Shown: positions 26,928 to 36,459, counted from the first letter of the stretch. The stretch: 64,000 nucleotides of DNA from an uncultured Candidatus Saccharibacteria bacterium (GCA_964503715.1 CAZDAD010000002.1:5639-69638), one strand, 5' to 3'. The notes: generated by a model not told the origin, from the sequence alone. Numbers and translations are program-made.

Positions 26928-27018
26928 GGAGAGGTCGCATAGTTGGTCTAGTGCGCCGCACTCGAAATGCGGTATAGGGGCAACTCTATCGAGGGTTCGA
27001 ATCCCTCCCTCTCCGCCA
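26928..27018 (+). tRNA. tRNA-Ser (anticodon CGA), CCA encoded
   Basis: Acceptor GGAGAGG/CCTCTCC, anticodon loop CTCGAAA, long variable arm, T-loop GTTCGAATC and 3' GCCA. Confidence 0.9.
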
Positions 27019-27026
27019 CAGGCTAC

Positions 27027-27051
27027 ACTCCTCACACAGAGGAGTTTTTTA
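27027..27051 (+). terminator. rho-independent terminator after tRNA-Ser(CGA)
   Basis: ACTCCTC-ACACA-GAGGAGT hairpin followed by TTTTTT. Confidence 0.75.
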
Positions 27052-27096
27052 TTCTATGTGATTGCGCACGCCACCGAGAACTAGTATTATAAGGCT

Positions 27097-27930
27097 ATGG
27101 ATGAGAAAGGGTTGGGGCGCCTATTGCAGGCGGCGCGCAAGAGCGCAGGCATGACTCAGCAGGATTTGTGCCACAAGGCGGGTCTGAGCTACTCTACCCT
27201 TACCAAGATCGAGAGAGGCGCTATAAAGGCCCCCTCTGTTTTTACTATTTTGTCTATCTCGGGTGCTCTTGGCGTAGGTATTGATTCGCTACTTGCCCCT
27301 GCCCTACCGACTGACAAGCCCAAGAAGCATTCCAAAAGCGGCGTGAGCTTTGTCTATTTTGATGTGAACGGTTGCCTGGTGCGTTTTTACGAGCAGGCTT
27401 TCACGAGGTTGTCAGAGGTAAGCGGCTTATCTTGTGACGTAATAGAGACGGCTTTTTGGCACTACAATGATCGAGCCTGTCGTGGTGAAATGACCATGGA
27501 TGAGTTTGACGAAAAAATATCCAAGGCCTTGGGTGTGCAGAAAATCGACTGGCTGAGCCACTACTTGAAAGCCATCGAGCCAATCAAGGAGATGCACGAC
27601 CTACTACGTTGGGCTAGCCAAAACTATCGTGTTGGCCTCCTGACCAACATCATGCCAGGCTTTGTGAATGCTATGCGCAAACAGGGCTTCATCCCTGATA
27701 TTTCCTATGATGCTATTGTTGACTCCTCTATAGAGGGAACAATCAAGCCCGAATCGCGTATCTATGAGATAGCCACCGAACGGGCACGCTGCTCTGCCAG
27801 TGAAATCATGCTAATAGACGATACCAATATCAATATGATGGCGGCCGAAAAACAGGGGTGGCACGTGCTCCAGTTCAGTGATTACGCCCTTGACCAATCA
27901 ATAAATCGTATCAAGGCCGCACTAGACTAG
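27097..27930 (+). CDS. fusion protein: XRE-type HTH domain plus HAD-superfamily hydrolase domain
   Basis: The N-terminus LLQAARKSAGMTQQDLCHKAGLSYSTLTKIERG is an HTH_3/XRE pattern. The C-terminal HAD motifs are YFDVNGCL (motif I, DxN rather than DxD), LLTN (II), K in TIKPE (III) and LIDDT (IV). Confidence 0.7.
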   Translation: MDEKGLGRLLQAARKSAGMTQQDLCHKAGLSYSTLTKIERGAIKAPSVFTILSISGALGVGIDSLLAPALPTDKPKKHSKSGVSFVYFDVNGCLVRFYEQAFTRLSEVSGLSCDVIETAFWHYNDRACRGEMTMDEFDEKISKALGVQKIDWLSHYLKAIEPIKEMHDLLRWASQNYRVGLLTNIMPGFVNAMRKQGFIPDISYDAIVDSSIEGTIKPESRIYEIATERARCSASEIMLIDDTNINMMAAEKQGWHVLQFSDYALDQSINRIKAALD

Positions 27931-27953
27931 ACGGATCTCCACACCCACCAACT

Positions 27954-27985
27954 AAAAGGCTCCATACAATAAGTCGGAGCCTTTT
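27954..27985. terminator. bidirectional hairpin terminator between the convergent HTH-HAD gene and valS
   Basis: AAAAGGCTCC, a 12-nt loop, then GGAGCCTTTT, giving A/T runs on both sides. Confidence 0.6.
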
Positions 27986-28008
27986 ATTGTGGAACGCAGA
28001 CCAGTGTT

Positions 28009-30573
28009 TTAGCTAACGTCTATAAACCTATCAATTTCGGCCTGTATTAGATCAGCCTTGGCTAACACCTCGTCTAATTGAACCTGTGTTTGGGCTACGA
28101 CGGCTTCAGGTGCGTTGGCTACATAACCCTTGTTTGCTAACCTGCCTTTGAGGCGTTCAACGGTGGCTAACTCAGCCTGTAGGCTGTCTTGCATTTTGGT
28201 TAGGTAGTTAGCGGCAACGTGCTCGTCTAGTAGTAGCCATGCAGTTACTGGTGATTGGGTCAGCTTGAGGCCTTGTGAGTCATTTACCTCGGTTAGCGAG
28301 CTCAGGCGAGCCATACGCTTGATGACATCAGCGTTATTAGCCAGCGCCGCACTGCCGTGATACTCTAGCGGCGCCTGCTTCACATCCAAATTCTTCATCA
28401 TTGAGCGTACTTCAGTAATAACTTCTTTGACTACCTCGAACTCAGCGGCCTTTTCGGCATCGCTGTCAATGATTTGTGGCCAGAGACCAGCCGCCAGAAT
28501 CGTTCCCTCTTCCCAGGCTAGTGTCTGCCAAATTGTTTCGGTCACAAATGGCGCGAATGGATGAGTTATGCGTAAGACTGACTCCAACGCATAGGCTAGG
28601 AGTGGCAAATTTTCACTGGTCTTAGATGCTTCTATGTACCAGTCGGCAAAATCATCCCATACGAAGTGGTAGAGCGTGTCCAGTGCCTCAGCAAAGCGGT
28701 AATTATCTAGGTTATCAGCCACCACATTGGCAGTACGTTGTAGCTCTCGCAGGAGCCAGTGATCGGCAGTGGTTTGAGCTTGTACCGAACCTAGCCCTGC
28801 CCTATCACCAACCCTGCCCTCAACAAAACGGGCGATGTTCCATAGTTTGTTACAGAAGTTTCGTGCGTCTTCGACTTTACGGGGGTCGTAACCTCTGTTA
28901 ACGGCTGGCGCTCGGCTAGCTATAATGCCAATTCGCAGAGCATCTGAACCGTATTCATCTATAACTTCTATCGGATTGATTACGTTGCCAATTGACTTGC
29001 TCATCTTGGCTCCATCTTCTGCCAGTACATAGCCGTGTATGTAAACTGCCTCAAAAGGAACCTTACCCGTTACATAAAGACCAAGCATAATCATTCGAGA
29101 CACCCATGGGTAGAGTATTTCCCCGCCTGTTTCCATTAGACTCAAGGGGTAATGGTGGGCAAAATCATCATTGTCAGGATACCCTAGGGTAGAATAAGGC
29201 CAAGAGCTACTACTGAACCATGTATCAAAGACATCAGGGTCACGGCGATATTTTTTGCCATCTACGGTAATTTCTTCCTCGCTAACACGCTCGTCATAGA
29301 TCCAGTCGGATGGGTCATTGATGTTTTGGAATGCAGGGATAGGTATACCCCAGGCAATTTGTCTAGATATGTTCCAGTCCCGCAGATTCTTAAGATAATT
29401 AACTAGTTGCTCTAGCTTAGACTCGGGATAGAATGCTATTTCCCCTGCCTCGAGTGCTTTAATGGCGGGTTTGGCTAGAGGCTGCATGTCGATAAACCAT
29501 TGCTCTCGGAGTAGTGGCTCTATGACTGTGCCGCACTTGTAGCAATGACCTACGTTATGAACCAGTTCCTCAGTTTTCTCCAGTCTCCCCTGCTCTTCGA
29601 GCATGTCAACAATCTTCTTGCGCGCCTCGGTCGATGTTAGACCCCGAAACTCTTCTGGAACGGTTTCGGTTGCCATACGGCCTTCGTGGTCGATTACCGT
29701 AATCATTGGTAGATTATGCCTCTGCCCTGCATCAAAGTCGTTCTGGTCGTGTGCGGGAGTGATTTTTACTGCGCCAGTACCAAAAGATGTATCAACGAAG
29801 TCATCGGCTATCACGGGAATTTCTCGATCTGTTAGTGGCAGTGCCACTGTTTTGCCAACGAATGCTGAGTAGCGCTTGTCATCGGGGTGCACGGCCACGG
29901 CCGTATCGCCAAGCATAGTCTCTGGCCTAGTGGTCGCAACGGTCAGCGAACCGCTGCCGTCAGAAAGGGGGTAGCTAATGTACCACAGACTGCCTTTTGA
30001 CTCCTTGTAGGCGACCTCAATATCGGCAAAGGCGGTTCCATGAAAGGTGCAGAAATTTACCAATCGTTCACCTCTGTATATAAGCCCTTCGTCCCACATC
30101 TTCTTGAAGGTAGCGTAGGCTAAATCAACAACCTTTTTATCTAGCGTGAAGGTAAATCGACTCCAATCTACCCCTGCTCCAAGGCGGCGGAATTGGTTCT
30201 CGAATACATGCCTGTTATCGGATACAAAATCCCATATCTGGCCATAGAGTTCTTCACGTGAAAAGTCAAAGCGGCTTTTTCCTTCTTTGGCTAGCTTTTT
30301 CTCATACACTACTTGAGTTTCAAAACCAGCATGGTCGGCTCCCGGTAGCAACAAGGCGCTTTCCCCTTTAGCTCGATGGAAGCGGACAGAAATATCCTGT
30401 AGAGCATTGGTCAAGGCGTGACCGATGTGGAGATTGCCGTTGGCATTCGGTGGTGGGACGACGACTGTGAAGCTTTTCTCGGCTTTAGATGGTTGGAAGA
30501 CCCCTGATTTTTCCCAGAGGGCGTAAATGTCGGCCTCGTAAGCAGCGGGCTCGTACACTTTTGGTAGCTTCAT
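28009..30573 (-). CDS. valS: valine--tRNA ligase
   Basis: PPPNANGNLHIGHA (HIGH) and KMSKSIGN (KMSKS), an editing-domain-sized insertion and a C-terminal coiled coil. 854 aa. Confidence 0.93.
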   Translation of the reverse strand: MKLPKVYEPAAYEADIYALWEKSGVFQPSKAEKSFTVVVPPPNANGNLHIGHALTNALQDISVRFHRAKGESALLLPGADHAGFETQVVYEKKLAKEGKSRFDFSREELYGQIWDFVSDNRHVFENQFRRLGAGVDWSRFTFTLDKKVVDLAYATFKKMWDEGLIYRGERLVNFCTFHGTAFADIEVAYKESKGSLWYISYPLSDGSGSLTVATTRPETMLGDTAVAVHPDDKRYSAFVGKTVALPLTDREIPVIADDFVDTSFGTGAVKITPAHDQNDFDAGQRHNLPMITVIDHEGRMATETVPEEFRGLTSTEARKKIVDMLEEQGRLEKTEELVHNVGHCYKCGTVIEPLLREQWFIDMQPLAKPAIKALEAGEIAFYPESKLEQLVNYLKNLRDWNISRQIAWGIPIPAFQNINDPSDWIYDERVSEEEITVDGKKYRRDPDVFDTWFSSSSWPYSTLGYPDNDDFAHHYPLSLMETGGEILYPWVSRMIMLGLYVTGKVPFEAVYIHGYVLAEDGAKMSKSIGNVINPIEVIDEYGSDALRIGIIASRAPAVNRGYDPRKVEDARNFCNKLWNIARFVEGRVGDRAGLGSVQAQTTADHWLLRELQRTANVVADNLDNYRFAEALDTLYHFVWDDFADWYIEASKTSENLPLLAYALESVLRITHPFAPFVTETIWQTLAWEEGTILAAGLWPQIIDSDAEKAAEFEVVKEVITEVRSMMKNLDVKQAPLEYHGSAALANNADVIKRMARLSSLTEVNDSQGLKLTQSPVTAWLLLDEHVAANYLTKMQDSLQAELATVERLKGRLANKGYVANAPEAVVAQTQVQLDEVLAKADLIQAEIDRFIDVS

Positions 30574-30649
30574 AGCATGTCCCTATTTATTAGTTTGTAA
30601 CAGATACCAGAATAACACTTCTCTGCCTCAATTTCTACCTCTGTTCATC

Positions 30650-30661
30650 TTTCACGTGAAA
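30650..30661. promoter_or_regulatory. 12-bp perfect palindrome TTTCACGTGAAA, copy 1 (candidate operator in the valS/rfbB divergent region)
   Basis: Read directly from the sequence. An identical copy lies 52 bp downstream. Confidence 0.5.
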
Positions 30662-30701
30662 ACCACGCAGCAGATCGTCTAGTCTAATACGAATAGATAA
30701 A

Positions 30702-30713
30702 TTTCACGTGAAA
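30702..30713. promoter_or_regulatory. 12-bp perfect palindrome TTTCACGTGAAA, copy 2
   Basis: Read directly from the sequence. It lies about 40 bp upstream of the rfbB start. Confidence 0.5.
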
Positions 30714-30751
30714 GGCCATATCTGGTTGCTATCTTAACGTCTTAGGGTACA

Positions 30752-31759
30752 ATGGGGGTCATGAAAAATATGTTGGTTACGGGTGGTGCTGGATTCATAG
30801 GCTCAAATTTTGTGCGCTATACACTCGATAATCATTCTGAGTACAGAGTTACAGTGCTTGATAAGCTCACCTATGCTGGCAACATCAACAACCTCAGTGA
30901 TAGAGCAGGGCAGTTCGACTTCGTGGAGGGCGACATTTGCGACAAGGACCTAGTTGATAGTCTGGTCCAGCAGTGCGATATAGTGGTTCACTTTGCCGCT
31001 GAAAGTCACAACGATAACTCACTGCGTAACCCAATGATTTTTGTACAGACTAATTTGGTCGGTACGACAACACTACTTGAGGCGGTGCGCAGATTCAACA
31101 AGCGTTTTCATCATGTATCGACCGATGAGGTCTTTGGCGATTTAGCGCTTGACTCTGATGACCAGTTTACGGAGAATTCGGCTATGAATCCATCGACTCC
31201 GTATTCGGCTACCAAGGCAGGCTCAGACATGTTAGTCAAGGCGTGGATAAAATCATTCGGCATTCAGGCGACAATGTCGAACTGTTCAAATAACTTCGGA
31301 CCATATCAGCACATCGAAAAGTATATTCCTAGGGTCATAACGAGCGTAATTGCGGGCTATCGGCCAAAGCTGCACAGTCAAGGAGAGGGTGTTCGTGATT
31401 GGTTGCACGTAGATGATCACAGCAGGGCAGTGCATATGATTATCGAAAGGGGAAGGGTAGGCGAACTATATCTGATTGGCGGCGGGCACGAGCAAAACAA
31501 TAAGTATATTATGGAAACTTTATTGCAACTGATGGGCCAACCAAAAGATGCGTTTGACTATACCTCTGATAGGCCAGCTAACGACCGTCGATACTCGATA
31601 GATACTTCAAAAATCCAGCGTGAGCTAGGCTGGCGGCCTAAGCGTACGGAGTTACTGAGTGAGCTTAATGAGATTATTGATTGGTATAGGTCTAATCAAG
31701 CTTGGTGGCAGGGTGAGAAAGCCTCTATAGAGGCAGCCTACGCTGTTGAGGGTCGCTAG
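30752..31759 (+). CDS. rfbB: dTDP-glucose 4,6-dehydratase
   Basis: LVTGGAGFIGSNF (Rossmann fold), YSATKAGSD (the YxxxK catalytic motif) and conserved RfbB length. An alternative ATG lies at 30761. Confidence 0.85.
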   Translation: MGVMKNMLVTGGAGFIGSNFVRYTLDNHSEYRVTVLDKLTYAGNINNLSDRAGQFDFVEGDICDKDLVDSLVQQCDIVVHFAAESHNDNSLRNPMIFVQTNLVGTTTLLEAVRRFNKRFHHVSTDEVFGDLALDSDDQFTENSAMNPSTPYSATKAGSDMLVKAWIKSFGIQATMSNCSNNFGPYQHIEKYIPRVITSVIAGYRPKLHSQGEGVRDWLHVDDHSRAVHMIIERGRVGELYLIGGGHEQNNKYIMETLLQLMGQPKDAFDYTSDRPANDRRYSIDTSKIQRELGWRPKRTELLSELNEIIDWYRSNQAWWQGEKASIEAAYAVEGR

Positions 31760-31769
31760 TCCCCTTAGA

Positions 31770-32831
31770 TTACATTGACAGGCTAGGGTTTACCTCTAGG
31801 GTGAGAGGATTGGCAGGAGCACGATCTAATAGATGGTGGAACGAGCCGAGAGCGGCAATCATTGCGCCATTATCACCACATAACTTTAGGTCGGTGTATC
31901 TAATGGGGATAGGTAATCTTTCTGCTAGCTGACGCCTAAGTTCGGTGTTAGCAGCTACGCCACCGCCGATTACAACTGAACGTGGCGAGAACTCCTCAAA
32001 GGCAAGCATAACTTTGTCGACAATTGTTTCGCAGGCTGTCGACTGGAAACTGGCTGCGATATCTGCCTTCTGAGGGGCGTTTAGAAGCCCTGGGAGCTCG
32101 ATTGAGGGCAGAGAGTAGTCTTTTCCCACTAATTCTTGCGAAAGCCTTAGAACGGCTGTCTTGAGGCCTGAGAAGCTAAAGTCATAGCGCCCCTGCATAT
32201 GTGCCTTGGGCAGTTGATACGACCTGGGGTTGCCCGACTCTGCTAGGCGAGCAACATTTATACCACCAGGGTAGGGGAGGCCGATGATTTTTGCCACTTT
32301 ATCAAAGGCTTCGCCTATGGCGTCATCTTGAGTACGACCGAGTAAGGTGTAATCGAAGTGGTCTCGCCATAATACTAACTGACTATGTCCACCACTCACA
32401 ATCACGCCTAACATCGGAAACTCTGGCTGCTTGGACGGCAAAGCATATCCTTCGATAGTGCTTTCAGTTAAGAAGTTGGCGTAGATATGGCCTTCGACAT
32501 GGTTGACGGCATAGAGCGGCTTGTTGTGGGTGAGGGCTAGCGTCCTGGCGGTTAGTACGCCAATCAGCAAACTGCCCAGTAAGCCTGCACCATAGGTGAC
32601 GGCAATAGCGTCGATATCGTCCCAATCACAATCAGCAACTTCTAGGGCTTCATGGATAACGGGCAGAATGGCCTCGATGTGACTGCGGGCTGCAATCTCA
32701 GGGATAACACCACCGTACTTGGCGTGCAAATCCATGCTGCTAGCGACTACATTGCTCAGTAACCGATAGCCATCTTCTACGACTGACGCCGCAGTTTCGT
32801 CACAACTTGACTCTATGCCCAGAACTTTCAT
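31770..32831 (-). CDS. tsaD: tRNA N6-adenosine threonylcarbamoyltransferase
   Basis: Starts MKVLGIESSCDETAASV and carries the Kae1/TsaD-type metal-binding His region (VNHVEGH). Trimmed from the ORF-track start at 32912, which overlaps the divergent murE. Confidence 0.9.
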   Translation of the reverse strand: MKVLGIESSCDETAASVVEDGYRLLSNVVASSMDLHAKYGGVIPEIAARSHIEAILPVIHEALEVADCDWDDIDAIAVTYGAGLLGSLLIGVLTARTLALTHNKPLYAVNHVEGHIYANFLTESTIEGYALPSKQPEFPMLGVIVSGGHSQLVLWRDHFDYTLLGRTQDDAIGEAFDKVAKIIGLPYPGGINVARLAESGNPRSYQLPKAHMQGRYDFSFSGLKTAVLRLSQELVGKDYSLPSIELPGLLNAPQKADIAASFQSTACETIVDKVMLAFEEFSPRSVVIGGGVAANTELRRQLAERLPIPIRYTDLKLCGDNGAMIAALGSFHHLLDRAPANPLTLEVNPSLSM

Positions 32832-32902
32832 ATCTGATATTCTAGCACGCCAACCCCTATGGGCGTAGTCACGACCTATGCTCAGGCTATATACTGTTAA
32901 CC

Positions 32903-34273
32903 ATGCGATCATTACTCAAGAAACTTATACCTCGAAAAGCTTTTCAAGAAATTGCCCCAACGGGTCACTTGGCTGAAGCCGTAATCTATAACGCTATCAG
33001 TAACTTTCCTGCCAAAGGCCTAAAAGTCATAGGCGTGACAGGTACCAACGGCAAGACCAGTACGGCTTTTATAATTCACCGAATGCTGCATGAGGCGGGT
33101 TACAAGGTTGGGCTCATGACAACCGTTGCTTACGGCGTTGGTATGGAGATCAAACCCCAAATTGAACACATGACAACCGTATCCGTTCCTGAGCTAATGA
33201 AGCGCTTCAAATGGATGCGCTCTGAAGGCGCGGAGTGGCTAGTTCTTGAGGTAACAAGCCACGCTTTGGCACAGCACCGAGTCTGGGGTGTACCGTTCGA
33301 GATAGCAGTCATGACTAACGTGACCCATGAGCATCTTGATTATCACGGAACGTTTGAGCGCTACATAGATGCCAAGCGTAGCCTGTTCGTTTTGGCTAAT
33401 CACAACAAAAAAGGTCGCAAAATTGGCATCATCAACGCCGAGGATCCTAACGCTAATCTGTTCTCGGCGGCTATTCAAAATCCTGTTACCTATGGTACAG
33501 ATAGTGCCGATATCAAAGCGACAGACATCGACCTCTCACCAGATGGTGTCAAATATACGGCAACCCATCTTGATAGGACTTATCACATCAAATGCGCCCT
33601 CCCAGGTAGCTTTAATGTCTACAACTCAATGGCGGCGATTGGAGTCGGTGAGGCACTAGGTCTCACTACTGAACAGATAGAGCAGGGTATTGGTGCGCTA
33701 GAAGGAGTCGAGGGTCGAATGAACCGAATCGATGAGGGCCAAGACTTTAGCGTTATCGTAGATTACGCTCATACCCCCGACAGCTTCGAGAAATTATTTA
33801 AAGATATGAGACCAGTGGTCAAAGGCAAGCTAATTGTTGTGTTTGGCTCGGCTGGTCGTCGTGATGAGGCCAAGCGCTCAGTTCAGGGCAGGTTGGCTGG
33901 CGAATATGCCGACGAAGTTATTATTACCGAAGAAGACGATCGTGATTGTGATGGCGATGAAATTATGGATCAGATTGCCAAGGGTGCCGAAACGGCTGGC
34001 AAAGTACGTGATGAGAATATGCTCCTTGTCCACAATAGATCCGAAGCTATTCAGTATGCCATCGACAGAGCGGGCAAGGGCGATACGGTTATGTTGCTTG
34101 GTAAAGGTCATGAGAAAGATATATTGCGCAACGGTCCCAAGGCGGCCGAAATGCGCCACCTTCAACAAGATGACCATAACCCCGACAGAGTGACCGAGTT
34201 TCCGTGGGACGAAATTGCTACAGCTCGCGCTGCTGTGTTGAATCGACTTAAGAGAGATACTAGGGCGAACTAG
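32903..34273 (+). CDS. murE: MurE-type Mur ligase (UDP-MurNAc-L-Ala-D-Glu: diamino acid ligase)
   Basis: GVTGTNGKTST P-loop, DYAHTPDS and central/C-terminal Mur ligase domain patterns. The added amino acid cannot be determined by eye. Confidence 0.75.
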   Translation: MRSLLKKLIPRKAFQEIAPTGHLAEAVIYNAISNFPAKGLKVIGVTGTNGKTSTAFIIHRMLHEAGYKVGLMTTVAYGVGMEIKPQIEHMTTVSVPELMKRFKWMRSEGAEWLVLEVTSHALAQHRVWGVPFEIAVMTNVTHEHLDYHGTFERYIDAKRSLFVLANHNKKGRKIGIINAEDPNANLFSAAIQNPVTYGTDSADIKATDIDLSPDGVKYTATHLDRTYHIKCALPGSFNVYNSMAAIGVGEALGLTTEQIEQGIGALEGVEGRMNRIDEGQDFSVIVDYAHTPDSFEKLFKDMRPVVKGKLIVVFGSAGRRDEAKRSVQGRLAGEYADEVIITEEDDRDCDGDEIMDQIAKGAETAGKVRDENMLLVHNRSEAIQYAIDRAGKGDTVMLLGKGHEKDILRNGPKAAEMRHLQQDDHNPDRVTEFPWDEIATARAAVLNRLKRDTRAN

Positions 34274-35214
34274 TTCTTATTGCGCTCGAGGTAGTGGGTG
34301 TACCAACTATAATTGCCGCCCAGCAGGGTAGCTATGAGTTCAACGGCTAGCTCACCAGTTTTGCCCTCTATGTCTTGTAGAGGGTTGTACTCGACAACAT
34401 CCACGCCAATCACGTTGGCCTTAGAGGCGATATGCTCAGCGATAGCTGTTACCTCACGGTATGTTAGGCCCTTCTTGTTCGGCATACCTGCACCTGGCGC
34501 ATAGACTGCATCAATTGAATCCAGGTCAATACTAACCCAGATGTTCTCAACTCGAACCGCTAGCTCATCAATCTTGTCTAATAGCGGTGCCAGACCATAT
34601 TTCATGAGGTCGAGCATCGTGAAAGCGGCTAAATTCTCATCTCTTATGAGGTCAATCTCCGATTGGTCGAGGTCACAGCCTGCTATGTGTAGCAAGTTCT
34701 CTTTGGGCAGTTTAATTTGTTCGCCATAGACATGCGCTAGGGCGGGTGAACCAAAGCCCATTACCGAGGCCAACTGCATACCATGGATATTGCCTGTCGG
34801 AGTATTGTCGTCAGTATTCATATCTCCATGAGCGTCGAGGTATATAACGCCTATTTTGCCGTCTACAGCTACCGACGCACCCGAGCACGCACCCAGGAAT
34901 ATAGAGTGATCTCCACCTAATACCACAGCCTTACTGCCACTACGAACCGCCTGGTCAACAAGTCCAGCGGTTTTCTCTGATACAGCCACAACTTCGTCAA
35001 GTCGCCTGAGTCTAGGGTTACCCACAGGCACAAGATGACGATCTTTCACGGGAACGTTGCCCATATCCTGGACGCTAAAGCCTGCGCTCTCGAGCTTTTC
35101 TACAATACCCTGGTATCGGTAGGTGTCCGTGCCCATGCTGACGCCAAGATTCTCAGCGCCCAAATCCATTGGTACACCAACAATTGTTAGAGGAGTTTTT
35201 TCGGTCTCATTCAT
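34270..35214 (-). CDS. ureohydrolase family enzyme (arginase/agmatinase/formimidoylglutamase)
   Basis: The Mn-binding motifs GGDHS, DAHGDMN and SIDLDSID are all present. Confidence 0.8.
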   Translation of the reverse strand: MNETEKTPLTIVGVPMDLGAENLGVSMGTDTYRYQGIVEKLESAGFSVQDMGNVPVKDRHLVPVGNPRLRRLDEVVAVSEKTAGLVDQAVRSGSKAVVLGGDHSIFLGACSGASVAVDGKIGVIYLDAHGDMNTDDNTPTGNIHGMQLASVMGFGSPALAHVYGEQIKLPKENLLHIAGCDLDQSEIDLIRDENLAAFTMLDLMKYGLAPLLDKIDELAVRVENIWVSIDLDSIDAVYAPGAGMPNKKGLTYREVTAIAEHIASKANVIGVDVVEYNPLQDIEGKTGELAVELIATLLGGNYSWYTHYLERNKN

Positions 35215-35250
35215 GCGTTTATGATACCACGCAAGGCTGCCACAAGGGAC

Positions 35251-35784
35251 TTATATATCCTTGTATTGGGGATTATCTAGTAGCCATTTGACCTGCTCCC
35301 AGTTTGTGGCAACGGTCATCACTTTGAGATCTTTTGGTTTTGGCTTTTTTGTCGGATTGAAGAGTATGCGGTTAGCAGTACAGAGCGGCATGAGTGACAG
35401 GGTATCGGCTCTGTCATCGACAAAACTGCCGAGGTATAGTCTGTGGGCAAGTTGGGCTTTGTCTTCGATTGCCCTGCAAAAGTGTAGATTGGCCTCATCG
35501 AGCTTTGTTCGCTCAAAGAACCGATGGGCGTAGAGCCATTCTCTTGTGCGCTGCTCAACTAGTTCGCTGCATTTTGATATCAGGTGGACTTGATCCCAAC
35601 GGGGGCTTAGGCACAGGTCACCAATTGCCGAAATAGCACCTTTTACCTCTGGCGCTTCGAGGTAATTCTTGCTTAATAGGGATTTTGTGTAATCCTGTGG
35701 GTCATCACCTATCACGACTCGACCAATATCAATGCCAACTCTCGGCAGTACATAGATAGGGGACTTATTTTGTTTTTCTCTCAT
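35251..35784 (-). CDS. hypothetical protein
   Basis: 177-aa ORF. The N-terminal VGIDIGRVV is faintly HAD/NT5C-like but lacks the DxD nucleophile. Confidence 0.4.
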   Translation of the reverse strand: MREKQNKSPIYVLPRVGIDIGRVVIGDDPQDYTKSLLSKNYLEAPEVKGAISAIGDLCLSPRWDQVHLISKCSELVEQRTREWLYAHRFFERTKLDEANLHFCRAIEDKAQLAHRLYLGSFVDDRADTLSLMPLCTANRILFNPTKKPKPKDLKVMTVATNWEQVKWLLDNPQYKDI

Positions 35785-35810
35785 GTAGTAATGCTAAGTA
35801 TATCATTAGA

Positions 35811-35839
35811 TTGACAAAATAGCATAAAAATGCTAATGT
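35811..35839 (+). promoter_or_regulatory. sigma70-type promoter of the six-gene kinase-module operon
   Basis: TTGACA (35811-16), a 17-nt spacer, then TAATGT (35834-39) with TGc immediately upstream (extended -10). The spacer contains the palindrome AGCAT-AAAA-ATGCT (35821-35834). Confidence 0.55.
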
Positions 35840-35871
35840 AAATAGGTATTTGATTCCGATTGCGACAAGAT

Positions 35872-36459
35872 ATGGACAACACAAACAACATACCCATTAT
35901 AGCCCTAAAAGACCTAGCCAAGGTAGGGGTTCCGTTTAGTTTACGTCGAGATGACCTTGCGGATACCTACTTAAGCACTAATCAGACAGTTTATGTTGTT
36001 CCTCGCTCAGAACACGACTTCTCAGCCATGGTAGAATTTTCCAAATTAGGTCTGTCTATCAGTCGGCCGGTTAAGTTTGATGACGGTCGACAGGCCGTAG
36101 CATATCCTAAGCAGTCTGAACTGGTTAGCTTCAGCGCATTACTTAGTTCTTCTATTGATGACGAAGAAGGCCAGCGATTTATCACTGAAGTAGCTCTCAA
36201 GCTACGCCGTGAGCTTGAGGCCATCAAGGACCACCTTGGCGCTCTTCCAAACATCGATAATACCGATGATATCGTTTTTGATAGAACTACTGGACGTGTC
36301 GAAATACTACCCCCATACCTCATGGACAAGACCAAGTTGCCCCAAGAAGTCATCGATTCCATCCAGCAAAGCGCTATGAAAATGTTCGCAGAAAGCCCAG
36401 TGTTGGCTGGCACTGTTCATAACTGCTTCATGGACGCTCGGGAGGCCTACGATGAGTAA
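35872..36459 (+). CDS. hypothetical protein, module protein A1 (paralog of 38328..38897)
   Basis: It shares with A2 the patterns (V/I)YV.P...HD(F/Y).A, GLS..R, VA(Y/F)..(Q/K)S(E/D)LV..S.L and D.I..D..T..VE..PPY. The ATG at 35872 is preferred over the TTG at 35860. Confidence 0.55.
   Translation: MDNTNNIPIIALKDLAKVGVPFSLRRDDLADTYLSTNQTVYVVPRSEHDFSAMVEFSKLGLSISRPVKFDDGRQAVAYPKQSELVSFSALLSSSIDDEEGQRFITEVALKLRRELEAIKDHLGALPNIDNTDDIVFDRTTGRVEILPPYLMDKTKLPQEVIDSIQQSAMKMFAESPVLAGTVHNCFMDAREAYDE

Noticed and set aside
26645-27035. ORFs 26645..26881 (+) and 26826..27035 (-)
   Set aside because: They are composed largely of tRNA-Arg and tRNA-Ser(CGA) sequence read in a protein frame. The tRNA cloverleaves explain the region.
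19700-27051. Calling the GH1 / RiPP-like / fic segment a mobile genomic island integrated at a tRNA
   Set aside because: I could find no integrase, recombinase, transposase or repeated tRNA 3' end by eye. It is retained only as a hypothesis in the findings and is not annotated as a mobile element.
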